A stretch of DNA of 64,000 nucleotides from NCBI GenBank assembly GCA_903871465.1, contig CAIQHB010000002.1, forward strand, positions 780 through 64,779. The letters are read 5' to 3'. This DNA is from an uncultured Methanosarcinales archaeon. GTDB taxonomy: Archaea > Halobacteriota > Methanosarcinia > Methanotrichales > Methanotrichaceae. Within the stretch, counting starts at the first letter, position 1, and every line of letters starts with the position of its first letter. The translations under genes were made by a program, and so were the position numbers. Under the pieces are notes generated by a model. That model saw nothing but the letters and a program-made list of their open reading frames with translations. It did not search any database and had not been told where the DNA came from. Of the stretch, positions 37,742-48,652 are shown in pieces.

Positions 37742-38554
37742 CTATAGCGCGCTTGGTGGCAAAAGCCCTGTTCCTACCACTGCGGCAGCATCTCTCGTTG
37801 TCAGTCTGAAGTACCAGATGTAGAAGTAGTACCAGATTGCAAAGCCCACTACTATCGTCAGCATTGCCGGGGCCAGTCCCAACGTCACTAAGGAGCATAT
37901 GCCTACTCCGATCATTGCCAGTCCACCTACCATCATACCATCTATGAGGGTACGGTCCTGCTTCTCATCCGGGCCCAGATTGGCGTTGAATGGATGGAAT
38001 AAGGCCATGCCGCCCAGGATGAAGATGAGTGCCAGGAAGCCGGTGTTGTATACGTCAGCAATAATGGCATTATACGATAGTGATCCGGAGATGGTAACGC
38101 TCCAGGCCAATATGGCCATGGTGCATGCAGCGGCACCGTCCGTCAATCCTTCTTCCATGATAGGGATGTTGAACTTCATTACCTTGTTACAGAGCACGCC
38201 TACGACGTATCCGAAGATAGCGGCGTAAATCAGGGTAATGATGACACCTGCCCATTCAATTCCGAATCGCCCAGCGAGGTTCAGACCGAATACGGCAGCT
38301 ACACATCCCATTCCCGTGCACAGCATTCCCATGGCGGGAACTCCTGTACCGAGACCGTAGGAACAGATTCTACGGATGGCGTTTGCGCCCCAAAGCACTG
38401 CAAATAGGGCCGCAATTGATCCAATAAAGGAGAACAGTTTTGTCCCAGTCAGAACATTTAGGCCTACAGTCAGGTATATTCCTACAACTGACCCAATTAT
38501 GCCGTACATCCTCAGTTGCTGGGGGGTGAAGGTGAATCCTTTAAGCTGATCCAT
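37742..38554 (-). CDS. mtrC: Mtr subunit C
   Basis: SYGLGTGVP, HPFNANLGPDEKQDRTL and RDAAAVVGTG motifs. Confidence 0.95.
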   Translation of the reverse strand: MDQLKGFTFTPQQLRMYGIIGSVVGIYLTVGLNVLTGTKLFSFIGSIAALFAVLWGANAIRRICSYGLGTGVPAMGMLCTGMGCVAAVFGLNLAGRFGIEWAGVIITLIYAAIFGYVVGVLCNKVMKFNIPIMEEGLTDGAAACTMAILAWSVTISGSLSYNAIIADVYNTGFLALIFILGGMALFHPFNANLGPDEKQDRTLIDGMMVGGLAMIGVGICSLVTLGLAPAMLTIVVGFAIWYYFYIWYFRLTTRDAAAVVGTGLLPPSAL

Positions 38555-38556
38555 AT

Positions 38557-39258
38557 CTATGCGCCTCCCAATGGCTGAATCAATACGGTCATAATGGCCA
38601 AGAGTATTCCTGCAATCAGGCTTGCCTTAAAGGCCAATGGCCACTTCTTGAACTTGGGGTCGTGGAATCCTTCGATAGTTCCCTGGATGTTCCAGGAAGG
38701 AATCACAGACTGCACGAAGAATATGCCCAACGCGAAGATAGCGCTCTGTGCCGGGTTGCCGCTGATCTGCATACACGGATAATAAATCATAGCTCCACCG
38801 ACTCCACCGAGCAAGGCTCCAATGGTGCCGCTCACGAAGCAGACCGTGGGGATGCCCTGACCGACTGTACCCGGGGCCACATAGGGTGGCTGGGGGAACA
38901 TGGTGATGGGGTCGTAGTTAACCTTGGCCGAGGCATAAGGACAGCCGACGGCATAGGAGTAGATGAAGTCACCAGTCAGCATCGTGGCGTCCATCATGAT
39001 CATGGAGCCTACCGCGCCGGTAGCCAGAATCGGCCAGATGTTATCTGTGACGGACATCATGAGGCCGGCAGATAGCAATCCTGTCAATCCCGAGCCTGCT
39101 GCCAGGGTAACTGTGCCAGTACCGATACCTGTAGCCTGCGCCATTGCTGCTGGTGCGCCGCCGACAGGTACAAAGTGTACACCCACGCTCACCAGGAGAC
39201 TTCCAACTACGATCTCCAGCATATAAACGAGCGTATTAATATCAAAGGTCATGCTCAT
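38557..39258 (-). CDS. mtrD: Mtr subunit D
   Basis: VHFVPVGGAPAAMA.ATGIGTGT, DPIT..PQ.PY..PGT.GQG.PT and GFHDPKF motifs. Confidence 0.95.
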   Translation of the reverse strand: MSMTFDINTLVYMLEIVVGSLLVSVGVHFVPVGGAPAAMAQATGIGTGTVTLAAGSGLTGLLSAGLMMSVTDNIWPILATGAVGSMIMMDATMLTGDFIYSYAVGCPYASAKVNYDPITMFPQPPYVAPGTVGQGIPTVCFVSGTIGALLGGVGGAMIYYPCMQISGNPAQSAIFALGIFFVQSVIPSWNIQGTIEGFHDPKFKKWPLAFKASLIAGILLAIMTVLIQPLGGA

Positions 39259-40160
39259 GCTGCAATGTCCCCCTTATAGCCTGGATACGGCCCGTACTTC
39301 TTCCTCGCGGAGATCTCCATATAGAGGTTATAAACGTTCATAAGAATGACAAATATGACTCCCATCGCGATTGCATACGGTGCCTGGGTAACGGGGTCGA
39401 ATACGGTTGTTCTCCAGTTATCGCAGAACACAGTCAGGCCGAAGCCAAGGCCAGTGCATGGACCGCCGAACTTGGCGCAGAACCAGGCATTATCAATAGA
39501 GTTTCTCAAGCCGGCTTCTGCTTTCCTGACAATCTGTCCGGAGAGCATGGTGTTGAGGCCCTGTCCGAAAAGCCTCCACTGGAACTCACGTTCACCACCG
39601 TAGTGAATATCACCCACAGACGACCCGATAGCTCCGATGGTTATGCCCCAAATGAGGCCAATGACGGGAATCGGGAAGGGATGATGAGGCGTAAGTACGT
39701 AAACCTGAATAACTGCGATCAGGGTTACACAGAACGATGTTATCCATACATGCGCCATAATAGACGGCGTAGTGTATCTTACGATATCCAGGTAGATCCA
39801 CTGATTGAACCTGGACTGGCTGGCGGACCTTCCGAAGTAGGCACTGGTTGCCATTACTCCGTCGAATAAAGCAGCTAATGAAGCACCAGCGACTGTTGCA
39901 AAGAGCAAAGGCATATGAAAGCCTTCGATAAGCACGTAAGCCATGATGCATGCGGTTGCGCACCACAAAGCGTTCGATGGCGGCTCGCCTGCAATGGCCT
40001 TATTATAAATCCGGTGGGGATTTCCTACCTGGGCAGCCAGTTGAACTTGCGAATTGGGGTTGCTTTGAGAACCAATATCCGAGTCGATATCCTCAGATGC
40101 ACCCGCAACTGTCGCAAGGGCACCCATAGCAGCTACGAGCCCCATGCCAAATGCGTCCAT
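39255..40160 (-). CDS. mtrE: Mtr subunit E
   Basis: SDIGSQSNPNSQVQLA, GEPP, GSSVGDIHYGGERE and KFGGP motifs. Confidence 0.97.
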   Translation of the reverse strand: MDAFGMGLVAAMGALATVAGASEDIDSDIGSQSNPNSQVQLAAQVGNPHRIYNKAIAGEPPSNALWCATACIMAYVLIEGFHMPLLFATVAGASLAALFDGVMATSAYFGRSASQSRFNQWIYLDIVRYTTPSIMAHVWITSFCVTLIAVIQVYVLTPHHPFPIPVIGLIWGITIGAIGSSVGDIHYGGEREFQWRLFGQGLNTMLSGQIVRKAEAGLRNSIDNAWFCAKFGGPCTGLGFGLTVFCDNWRTTVFDPVTQAPYAIAMGVIFVILMNVYNLYMEISARKKYGPYPGYKGDIAA

Positions 40161-40308
40161 TTATTCCTCCTCCTTTTCATTTCACCAATTTCATAGTTTT
40201 ACACTATTAAATTGGCTATGACGCTCTTGGTATCAATTACCTGAACTTATAAAGCTTTCGCGATGCCGGCATGTCCAAAATTTCTATGGCGGCAAGCCCT
40301 ATAGGCTT

Positions 40309-40845
40309 TTACCAGGGCTCTCTCTTCGCACCCATCTTGTAGCCGATGATATTGGTTGCGCGGTGCAGGATAGGAGTCATTATCAACACGATCAGGATTA
40401 TGGAAGGCGTAAAGTTCTGCCAGAACCAGTGCGGTGCGACTATAATGGTGAAGAGCCAGGCGCCCATGACGAAGTCGATCTGGTCAATCACAAAAAGAGG
40501 TGCGCCGCGCTTCAGACCCAGGCGGCGCTTGAAGAAGGCAGCCACAATATCTCCCAGCATCGCACCCAGGGCAAGGGACAGAAGAATAGGAAGTTGCTCC
40601 CATCCAATGCCAAAGGACGGCAGGCCAAATGTCGGAGCGATCTGGTTTTGCAGGAGCCCCATCAGAATACCGCATACGGTCCCTGCGATAGTTCCTCGAA
40701 AAGTTTTGCCGTCGCCAAGGGTTCTCTGCCCATCCTGAAAGGTCTGGCCCATGTCCAAAGGCATGCCTCCGCCGAAGAGCGCTGCGCAGTTGTTGGGGAT
40801 ATAGGCAGGCAGCATTAGCCAGAAGGCGACAATCAGGAAATTCAT
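40309..40845 (-). CDS. carS: CDP-archaeol synthase
   Basis: [37 protein letters not shown] and LHRATN motifs. Confidence 0.93.
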   Translation of the reverse strand: MNFLIVAFWLMLPAYIPNNCAALFGGGMPLDMGQTFQDGQRTLGDGKTFRGTIAGTVCGILMGLLQNQIAPTFGLPSFGIGWEQLPILLSLALGAMLGDIVAAFFKRRLGLKRGAPLFVIDQIDFVMGAWLFTIIVAPHWFWQNFTPSIILIVLIMTPILHRATNIIGYKMGAKREPW

Positions 40846-40994
40846 TATTCTTGCTCAGATTGCTCTTCGCGGTCTCACCCATATATCAAATTTTCTAATG
40901 AATATCAAATTAGCAGTCTATCAGCCGGATATCAGATAATTCAGAGATTTTGGATCGAAACAGTTAAGTTCAACCTGTGAGACTTAGAGGCCGG

Positions 40995-41092
40995 GCGTCG
41001 ATGGTCTAGTGGTTATGACTTGGGCCTTCCAGGCAGATGAATCGATTCTGCGAAGCAAGCCTACAACCCGGGTTCGAATCCCGGTCGACGCA
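40995..41092 (+). tRNA. tRNA-Gly(TCC) with a 26-nt intron (41032-41057) at position 37/38
   Basis: Acceptor GCGTCGA/TCGACGC; T-arm CCGGG-TTCGAAT-CCCGG; bulge-helix-bulge CTTC/GAAG with CAG and CAA bulges. Confidence 0.95.
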
Positions 41093-41173
41093 CTATTTTT
41101 ATCTAGCATCATTACGTTAAATGCCGAATTATTTTCGCTACATTTATATCCTAGTTTGACCAGTTGTTGTTTT

Positions 41174-41893
41174 ATGAAATCAGGTGGGGAGATCTCCAAC
41201 GCACGAGGACTATTGGCTGAGAAGATTGCAGGAGAGATCACCCTGTCCCAGAGTCCAGGCGACACCTTGCGGAAGTGGCGGCGCAACTTCGGCATAACCC
41301 AGACCGACCTCTCCAATCACCTGGGCATATCTCCTTCCGTGATCTCCGATTATGAGAGCGGCAGGAGGAAGTCACCAGGCATAATGATCGTAAGCAAGAT
41401 CATAGATGCGCTGCTTAGAGTGGATGAGAGTCGCGGCTGCAATGTCTTACGCGCTTACGAGAACATGTGGAGCGACATCTTAGGTCTTGATTCTATATGC
41501 AGCGTCTGCGAGTATCAGGATCCACTCCCCCTCATCGATATCGCCCGGAAACTGGAAGCTGAAGTCATCTTTGGCCGGACGGATATCACCATCTGGGGGT
41601 ATACGGTAATAGATAGCATGAAGGCCATTGTGGAAATGCTTCCCGACCAGTTCCAGAAGATCTACGGGCGAAGCACAGCTCGAGCCCTGATATTTACAGG
41701 CGTCCGGTCAGGCAAATCGCCCATGGTGGCAGTGAGAGTCAGCAACCTCAAGCCCGGTGCTGTGGTCTTGCAGGGACTTATGCCGGCCGACGTGGATCCG
41801 GTAGCTAAAAGGATCGCAGAGGTCGAAAACATTCCTCTTTTAACGACACATTTTTCAGTTGACGAAATAACCAGTGCGTTGAGCAAAGGGTGA
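41174..41893 (+). CDS. Xre-type HTH transcriptional regulator (archaeal COG1709-like)
   Basis: KIAGEITLS..PG.TLRKWR..F, SPSVISDYESGRRKSPG and RALIFT.V..GKSPMVA. Real start is ATG 41174; the ORF-track start lies inside the tRNA. Confidence 0.85.
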   Translation: MKSGGEISNARGLLAEKIAGEITLSQSPGDTLRKWRRNFGITQTDLSNHLGISPSVISDYESGRRKSPGIMIVSKIIDALLRVDESRGCNVLRAYENMWSDILGLDSICSVCEYQDPLPLIDIARKLEAEVIFGRTDITIWGYTVIDSMKAIVEMLPDQFQKIYGRSTARALIFTGVRSGKSPMVAVRVSNLKPGAVVLQGLMPADVDPVAKRIAEVENIPLLTTHFSVDEITSALSKG

Positions 41894-41899
41894 ATCCTC

Positions 41900-42937
41900 T
41901 TGGTCTCAGGTATTGTCAGTTATGGGGTCTATATCCCGCGATTCAGGATACGTGTGGACGAGATCGCCAGGGTTTGGGGAGATGGAGACGATATCTCAGA
42001 GGGCCTTCGCGTCTTCGAGAAATCCGTGCCGGATCTTGACGAGGATGCAGTAACCATTGCCGTGGAGGCAGCACGCAATGCGATCCACCGGGGAGGAGTG
42101 GATCCGAAACGGATCGGCGCCATTTATGCTGGCTCGGAGAGCCATCCCTATGCCGTGAAGCCCACGGGCACGATCGTCGGCCAGGCAGTATGCACGTCAT
42201 CCTCTTACACCGCAGCCGACTTCGAGTTTGCCTGCAAGGCAGGTACCGCAGCCATCCAGGCATGTCTGGGCCTCGTGACCTCCAATTTGATCGACCTTGG
42301 TCTGGCCATTGGATCGGATGTGAGCCAGGGAGCGCCCGGAGATATGCTGGAATACACTGCCGCGGCAGGCGGGGCTGCGTATCTAATAGGCAGCAGGGAT
42401 CTTGCCGCAGAGATTGAGGGCTTTTATTCTTTTACTACTGACACACCTGATTTCTGGAGGCGTGAGGGCATGCCTTATCCGGAGCACGGCGGAAGATTCA
42501 CAGGCGAACCGGCCTATTTCAAGCATGTGACGAATGCCGCGCGCGGGCTGATGGAGCGAATGGGAACTGAGCCCAAAGATTACGATTATGCCGTCTTCCA
42601 CCAGCCCAATGGCAAGTTCCCTGTGCGCGTAGCCAAGATACTGGGCTTCAGCAAGAAGCAGATCGAGCCGGGATTGATAGTGCCCATGATTGGAAACACC
42701 TACTCGGCATCCTGCCTTATCGGACTTGCTGCCACTCTGGACATCGCCCGCCCCGGGGAGAGAATCTTTGTGACAAGCTTTGGTTCAGGCGCCGGAAGCG
42801 ATGCCTTCAGCATCAGAGTGCTGGACAGGATAGATGACATTCGCTGCAATGCACCAAGCGTTCGCGACTTTATCGGCAATGCGAAGTATCTTGATTATGC
42901 CATGTACGCCAAACACAAGGGCAAGCTGAGAATATGA
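41900..42937 (+). CDS. Hydroxymethylglutaryl-CoA synthase
   Basis: [30 protein letters not shown] and FHQPNGKFP motifs. Confidence 0.95.
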   Translation: MVSGIVSYGVYIPRFRIRVDEIARVWGDGDDISEGLRVFEKSVPDLDEDAVTIAVEAARNAIHRGGVDPKRIGAIYAGSESHPYAVKPTGTIVGQAVCTSSSYTAADFEFACKAGTAAIQACLGLVTSNLIDLGLAIGSDVSQGAPGDMLEYTAAAGGAAYLIGSRDLAAEIEGFYSFTTDTPDFWRREGMPYPEHGGRFTGEPAYFKHVTNAARGLMERMGTEPKDYDYAVFHQPNGKFPVRVAKILGFSKKQIEPGLIVPMIGNTYSASCLIGLAATLDIARPGERIFVTSFGSGAGSDAFSIRVLDRIDDIRCNAPSVRDFIGNAKYLDYAMYAKHKGKLRI

Positions 42938-44097
42938 GGTCTGTATCCATTATTGGTGTCGGTTGCACCAAGTTCGGAGAGCGATGGGATGTCTCTTTGC
43001 GCGACATGATCGCGGAAGCTGGAGTCCTGGCCATTGAGGATGCCGAGATCGTAGGTGAGCAGATCGACGCTCTCTATGTGGGCAATATGAGCGGCGGCAG
43101 ATTCATAGAGCAGGAACATATCGGGGCGCTTATCGCAGACTGCGCCGGCCTGTCGCGCCTGCACGTGCCTTCCACTCGTGTGGAGGCTGCCTGCGCCTCT
43201 GGAGGGCTTGCACTCCGTCAAGGTATCCTGTCTGTTGCCAGCGGCTATAGCGATATCGTAATCGCTGCCGGCGTCGAGAAGATGACCGATGTCTCCTCCG
43301 GCACTGCCGCGGACGCGCTTGCGGCGGCAGCCGACCGCGAGTGGGAATGCTTCTTTGGCGCGACTTTCCCTGCGCTTTACGCCATGATGGCCAAGCTGCA
43401 TATGCGTCGCTACGGGACCACGCACGATCAGATGGCCCAGGTAGCGGTGAAAAATCACCATCATGCCTGCATGAATCCGATAGCACAGTATCATATGGAG
43501 ATATCTATCGAAGACGTGAATAAGTCGCCGATGGTTGCGGATCCACTGCACGTACTGGACTGCTCGCCCATATCCGATGGCGCGGCGGCGGTCGTGCTTG
43601 CGCCAACAGATATAGCCAGGCGGTTTTCGGATACTCCCATCAAAATAGTGGGCAGCGGTCAGGCAAGCGATACGCTGGCTCTGCATGATCGCCGCGATCT
43701 GACCACACTCGACGCCACCGTCCATGCCGGTCGAGCCGCCTTCCGCCAGGCAGGAATAGAACCGCGTCAGGTGGATGTGGCTGAGGTGCATGACTGCTTC
43801 ACCATCGCAGAGATCCTGGCCATTGAAGACCTGGGATTTGTCGAGAAAGGCCAGGGCGGAAAGGCCACCGAAGAAGGGCTGACGGCTTTGGGAGGCACCT
43901 TGCCCATCAACACCTCAGGAGGCCTGAAGGCCTGCGGTCATCCCGTCGGGGCCACGGGAATAAAACAGGCCTACGAGATCGCTCTGCAACTGAGGGGTGA
44001 AGCCGGAAAGCGTCAGGTCGATGAGGTGGAAGTAGGACTTGCTCACAATGTGGGCGGTTCGGGCGGAACGGCCCTGGTTCACATATTTACGAGGTGA
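42934..44097 (+). CDS. Archaeal acetoacetyl-CoA thiolase
   Basis: [30 protein letters not shown] and GHPVGATG motifs. Confidence 0.95.
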   Translation: MRSVSIIGVGCTKFGERWDVSLRDMIAEAGVLAIEDAEIVGEQIDALYVGNMSGGRFIEQEHIGALIADCAGLSRLHVPSTRVEAACASGGLALRQGILSVASGYSDIVIAAGVEKMTDVSSGTAADALAAAADREWECFFGATFPALYAMMAKLHMRRYGTTHDQMAQVAVKNHHHACMNPIAQYHMEISIEDVNKSPMVADPLHVLDCSPISDGAAAVVLAPTDIARRFSDTPIKIVGSGQASDTLALHDRRDLTTLDATVHAGRAAFRQAGIEPRQVDVAEVHDCFTIAEILAIEDLGFVEKGQGGKATEEGLTALGGTLPINTSGGLKACGHPVGATGIKQAYEIALQLRGEAGKRQVDEVEVGLAHNVGGSGGTALVHIFTR

Positions 44098-44555
44098 AGA
44101 TGACAACGCAAGCGCCTAGATTCTGGAGAAGCATACCTCAGAGGTACAACCTCCTGGGAACGCACTGCAACCGCTGCAATGAATACTTCTTTCCTCCTCG
44201 CAATCTCTGCCCCAATTGCCGCCGCGGAGCGCATCTAGAGGAATATACCTTCAAGGGGACGGGAACCATCGTCACATATACTACCATTTATAATGCTACA
44301 GAAGAGTTCGAGCGGCTTACGCCTTACAATCTCGCCATCATCCAGCTGGATGAAGGACCCAAGATCACAGGCCAGATCATCTCCTGTTCAGAGGAGGTAA
44401 AGATAGGTATGCGCGTTCGTCCTGTCTTTCGCATACTGGGAAAAGAGGGCGATAGAGGTATTATCTACTATGGCACGAAGTTCGCGCCTTTGATCGAGCC
44501 GTCTTGCCTGGAGAGTGCAGAAGGTCTATTGAATTCAGCCAAAGAGAGCGACTGA
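44094..44555 (+). CDS. DUF35 Zn-ribbon/OB-fold scaffold of the thiolase/HMGCS complex
   Basis: CNRC..YFFPPR..CPNC and IIYYGTKF motifs; operon context. Confidence 0.92.
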   Translation: MKMTTQAPRFWRSIPQRYNLLGTHCNRCNEYFFPPRNLCPNCRRGAHLEEYTFKGTGTIVTYTTIYNATEEFERLTPYNLAIIQLDEGPKITGQIISCSEEVKIGMRVRPVFRILGKEGDRGIIYYGTKFAPLIEPSCLESAEGLLNSAKESD

Positions 44556-44840
44556 ATTCGCCTCGGAGATTTTCTCGAAATCACTATCTACTACGGTGAA
44601 AAGTACCGGGCCGGTCTTGATAATGTTCTCTCCTTCTTTGATCTGGCTCAGCATTTGACCTAACCTTTTTTCACCATCTGCCTGCATAACCAGGAAGAAG
44701 TCATATTCACCAAAGAGACGATAAACGTCTCTAACTTCCGGCCTTTTCTTTAGATCGGCATAAACCAATCTTTCCTTGTCAGACCTTACCTTGATCATCG
44801 TCAATCCTATTACTATGCAAATTCCCCCACTGGAAGCCAA
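44535..44840 (-). CDS. Stand-alone Lrp/AsnC ligand-binding (RAM) domain protein
   Basis: VIGLTMIKV...E..VY..L and VYRLFGEYDFFLVM; start uncertain. Confidence 0.7.
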   Translation of the reverse strand: MASSGGICIVIGLTMIKVRSDKERLVYADLKKRPEVRDVYRLFGEYDFFLVMQADGEKRLGQMLSQIKEGENIIKTGPVLFTVVDSDFEKISEANSVALFG

Positions 44841-45072
44841 TGATTTGGGTCATAGTGCTATTTATAGTTTCTGCTATTACGATGAAAAGAGAATTAAATA
44901 TTAAATTGATAGATATATTTAAGTCCGGCTAGAAAAGTCAAAAAATTATAGATTGTTCTGCCTTTCGCTCCGAAATTATGCAGCCCTTTTTCAGAGCCGG
45001 GCAAATCACGAGCAGATATCTGACGGGATCAAATGCGAAGGATGTAAATATTTTGTAGCCGGATAATAAGAC

Positions 45073-46548
45073 ATGACCTTTGTTTCCCTCTGCTTCGAGG
45101 TCCACCAGCCCATCAGGCTGAACAAAAACTTCTTCTGGGATAGATCGCTGCATAGGCAGGTCGTTCCCGATTTGAGGAAGTTCTATTTCGATGATTCCGA
45201 GAATAGAAGGATCTTCGAGCGCATTTCCGATAAATGCTATCTTCCGGCCAATAAGGTGATCCGAGAGAGCATCCAGATGCATGTGGAATCGGATAGGCCC
45301 TTCAAGGTTGCATACAGCTTTTCCGGCGTATTCCTGGAACAGTGCCGAAAATACCGGCCGGAGGTTTTGGACTCGTTTGTCGAGCTGGTGGAGACGGGCC
45401 AGGTTGAGGTAATGGAGCAGACCTACTATCACTCGCTTGCCAGCCTCTACGAGGATCCCAGGGAGTTCTACGAGCAGGTTAAGATGCATAAGGAGCAGGT
45501 CTGGGATATTTTTGGAGTGAAGCCGACCACTTTCGAGAATACCGAGCTGATCTACAGCGACGAGATTGCGCGAATGGTCGAATCCATGGGATACAGGGCC
45601 ATATTCGCGGAGGGAGTGATCGAGAATCCAAACTTCGTTTACAGGCCCCCGGAAACCAGCCTCTCCTTGCTGCTGCGAAATTATCAGCTCACGGACGATG
45701 TCGGCTTTCGCTTCTCATCTCACTGCTGGGAAGAGTACCCCCTCACCGCAGACAAATATGCTGGCTGGCTGGCGTCAACTCCAGGCAAATGCATAAACAT
45801 CTTCTGTGACTATGAGACCTTTGGAGAGCACCAGTGGAAGGAGACAGGCATCTTTGAGTTTCTCCGCAGTCTACCGGATCAGGTGCTCAAATATCATAAT
45901 CTCGAATTCGCCAAACCATGCGAGATTGCCAGGGACGTCAGTCCCGAAAGAGAGCTTTCCGTGCCGAGATATGTCTCCTGGGCGGACGTGGAGAGGGATA
46001 CGAGCTGCTGGCTGGGCAATGCCCTGCAACAGGCCTGTTTCATATACCAGAAGGGGCTGGAAGCTCCGGCCAAGGAGAGTCACGATAATGATCTTCTGGA
46101 GATCTGGAGGATTCTCGGCCTCTCCGATCATCTTTATTACATTTTCACTCATGGGGGGGGACCGGGCGAGGTGCACAGCTACTTCAGCCCGTACGGCAAC
46201 CCTTATGACGCCTCGGTCACCTTCTTCAGCGTTTTATGTGATCTGCATTATCGGCTCAAGCAGAAAACCCATCTGGCCGATTCGCCCTTCCGCTTTGCTA
46301 CCGGGATTGATGAGTTCACTGGGGAGGAAGCCTGGACCCTGGCCGGGATGCAGGAGATTTTGGGCACCCTACCACTGGCCTCACTGGAATATCATAATTG
46401 TGAAGGTGATTATGCGTCCTGGGCCAGGACGAGCCTGGGAGACGAATTCCTGGCGGAAAAGATGAACAAGCTGCAATCTCTCCGGGGCGAGAGACTGCGA
46501 AAGAGTCTACTAAAGGCCATGGACGCCAGGCTCTCGGAGAGAAGATGA
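45073..46548 (+). CDS. GH57 alpha-amylase-like glycoside hydrolase with C-terminal extension
   Basis: FEVHQP, QTYYHSL, FENTEL, DYETFGEHQW and YVSWAD motifs. Confidence 0.9.
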   Translation: MTFVSLCFEVHQPIRLNKNFFWDRSLHRQVVPDLRKFYFDDSENRRIFERISDKCYLPANKVIRESIQMHVESDRPFKVAYSFSGVFLEQCRKYRPEVLDSFVELVETGQVEVMEQTYYHSLASLYEDPREFYEQVKMHKEQVWDIFGVKPTTFENTELIYSDEIARMVESMGYRAIFAEGVIENPNFVYRPPETSLSLLLRNYQLTDDVGFRFSSHCWEEYPLTADKYAGWLASTPGKCINIFCDYETFGEHQWKETGIFEFLRSLPDQVLKYHNLEFAKPCEIARDVSPERELSVPRYVSWADVERDTSCWLGNALQQACFIYQKGLEAPAKESHDNDLLEIWRILGLSDHLYYIFTHGGGPGEVHSYFSPYGNPYDASVTFFSVLCDLHYRLKQKTHLADSPFRFATGIDEFTGEEAWTLAGMQEILGTLPLASLEYHNCEGDYASWARTSLGDEFLAEKMNKLQSLRGERLRKSLLKAMDARLSERR

Positions 46549-48386
46549 TACTCAGGCCGGAGAGCTATGAAGAGGGAACTAGCCGCGAGTGGCTGGTGAC
46601 TAACGGTCTGGGAGGCTACGCCGGAGCTACTGCCATTGGCTGCAACACCCGTGCCTATCACGGCCTTCTTGTGGCGGCCCTGACCCCGCCTGGGAACCGC
46701 AGGCTTTTGCTCTCATCTCTGGATGAGGAGGTCAATGGCCAGAAGCTCGCCAACCACAAATATCCCGGCGTGGTCCATCCCCAAGGATTTCGATATCTAC
46801 AGGAGTTTTGGATCGATCCGATTCCCAGATTCTGCTATCAGGTCGGAAAAACCAGCATCGAGAAGACCATTTCCATGGTTAATGGAGAGAATACCACCAT
46901 CATCAGCTACAAAATACATAACGGCCAGGGAAAGATGAGGGTCTTCCCTCTCGTTCACAGCCGCAACTTTCATGCCGCCTCCGAGCTGCCCGAGATTCGT
47001 CAAGAGCCAGGAATCGATGGAACAGTTCTCCAATCGAGCACCAGGTTGACCCTTTTCTCGGACAGGGCCGGTTATGTGCCAGAGGAAACGATTTATTATA
47101 ACTTTGAGTACGAGGAAGAGCAGCGCCGTGGTTTGGCCGGCCGGGAGAACCTCTTTTCACCAGGCTACTTCTGCCTGGAGCTTTCCGGGGATACAAACTT
47201 TGCCATTGTTGCCTCCAACTGGAGGACTTCCATGGCGGACTGGAAGGCAGAGAAGAAGAAAGAAGAGACGCGTTTAAGGACCCTTGTGGCACCAGTTCCG
47301 GAATTGGCTAGAGCCGCGGACGCCTTTCTGGTCAAGAGAGGTAATTCATCGAGCCTCATCGCCGGATATCATTGGTTTGACGACTGGGGACGGGATGCCA
47401 TGATTGCGCTGCCGGGTCTTCTTCTGACCACAGGCCGCTTTAAAGATGCCAAGTCGGTCCTGAAATCCTTTGCATCGGAAATGATCAATGGAGTATTGCC
47501 CAATGACCTTGGCGCCCGATCTTACAACACCGTGGACGCTTCCCTCTGGTTCATCCGGGCCGTATGGAGTTATTACCATTATTCCAGTGATCTGGAGTTC
47601 GTGGGACAGCTCTGGCCTAGGTTGCTGGAAGTTGTGAACCGCTACTCTCAGCCTGGAAAGGACTTTGGAGGGGACGAGGATGGACTCATTGTGTCGGGCC
47701 CGGCTTTTACCTGGATGGATGCAAGGGTGGACGGGCGGCCGGTTACACCACGGGCCGGGAAGTGTTGCGAGATAAATGCCCTCTGGTACTTTGCATTGGA
47801 CAGGATGGAGACTCTGGCAGAAGCCCTGGAAGCCCCCGGAGGTCCAGGTTTTTCAGAACGTAAAGAGATGGTTCTGCAAAGCTACAACAGGTTTTGGAAC
47901 AGCGAGACGGGATGCCTCTATGATGTTATAGACCCGGAGGATGCGTCGATCAGGCCCAATCAGATCTTTGCCGCCACAGTTCCCGATCTGCTATCATTGA
48001 CCAGGAGAAAGAGCATTCTTGAGGTGGTAACAAGAGATCTCCTTACACCCTACGGCCTGAGAACCCTTTCACCACGCGATCCGCGTTATGTGGGTAGATA
48101 TGAGGGAGATCCTCGCCAGAGGGATGGTGCTTATCACCAGGGCTCGGTCTGGCCCTGGCTCCTGGGGCCATACATCGATGCCTATCTCTCGGCGAACGGC
48201 AGGTCTGATGAGACTCGCCTGAAGGCAGAGGTGATTTTAGGGCCTCTGCTGGATTTGAACGCCAGCGGTATCAACACCATTCCCGAGATTTTTGACGGCG
48301 ACCAGCCGCAACGGCCAGGCGGCTGCATTGCCCAGGCCTGGTCGGTGGCGGAAGTGCTGAGAGCCTGGGCAGAGGCGCAAAAATAG
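46545..48386 (+). CDS. Amylo-alpha-1,6-glucosidase (glycogen debranching enzyme)
   Basis: EWLVTNGLGGYA, IAGYHWF.DWGRD, TWMDA, RPNQIFA, YHQGSVWPW and QAWSVAE motifs. Confidence 0.92.
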   Translation: MILRPESYEEGTSREWLVTNGLGGYAGATAIGCNTRAYHGLLVAALTPPGNRRLLLSSLDEEVNGQKLANHKYPGVVHPQGFRYLQEFWIDPIPRFCYQVGKTSIEKTISMVNGENTTIISYKIHNGQGKMRVFPLVHSRNFHAASELPEIRQEPGIDGTVLQSSTRLTLFSDRAGYVPEETIYYNFEYEEEQRRGLAGRENLFSPGYFCLELSGDTNFAIVASNWRTSMADWKAEKKKEETRLRTLVAPVPELARAADAFLVKRGNSSSLIAGYHWFDDWGRDAMIALPGLLLTTGRFKDAKSVLKSFASEMINGVLPNDLGARSYNTVDASLWFIRAVWSYYHYSSDLEFVGQLWPRLLEVVNRYSQPGKDFGGDEDGLIVSGPAFTWMDARVDGRPVTPRAGKCCEINALWYFALDRMETLAEALEAPGGPGFSERKEMVLQSYNRFWNSETGCLYDVIDPEDASIRPNQIFAATVPDLLSLTRRKSILEVVTRDLLTPYGLRTLSPRDPRYVGRYEGDPRQRDGAYHQGSVWPWLLGPYIDAYLSANGRSDETRLKAEVILGPLLDLNASGINTIPEIFDGDQPQRPGGCIAQAWSVAEVLRAWAEAQK

Positions 48387-48475
48387 CTAATAGAATTTAT
48401 CCGCAATCACACGACAATGCTTGATTATTATGCATTCGACAGAGACCAATTCTCGGCGAAAAACATTAGAAATTA

Positions 48476-48549
48476 AGCCTCGGACGGGATTCGAACCCGC
48501 GACCTCGTCCTTACCAAGGACGCGCTATACCGGGCTAAGCTATCGAGGC
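48476..48549 (-). tRNA. tRNA-Thr(GGT)
   Basis: GCCTCGA...CGTCC-TTGGTAA-GGACG...GCGGG-TTCGAAT-CCCGT-CCGAGGC-T cloverleaf. Confidence 0.95.
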
Positions 48550-48652
48550 GCCAAGAGCCCCTTGTGTTAACCCTTCAAGAACCTTTCGGTTGGAACCGGA
48601 AATATAGGACTTTTGTCTTGAGTTATAGACACGAAAAGAGGAAAAGATGATG

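Noticed and set aside
41009-41173. N-terminal extension of the HTH regulator
   Set aside because: It runs through the tRNA-Gly gene; ATG 41174 is the plausible start
42895-43791. Long antisense ORFs over thiolase, and similar ones over kdpB, mfnF, pscS and GT3
   Set aside because: Shadow frames of GC-rich genes with no independent motifs
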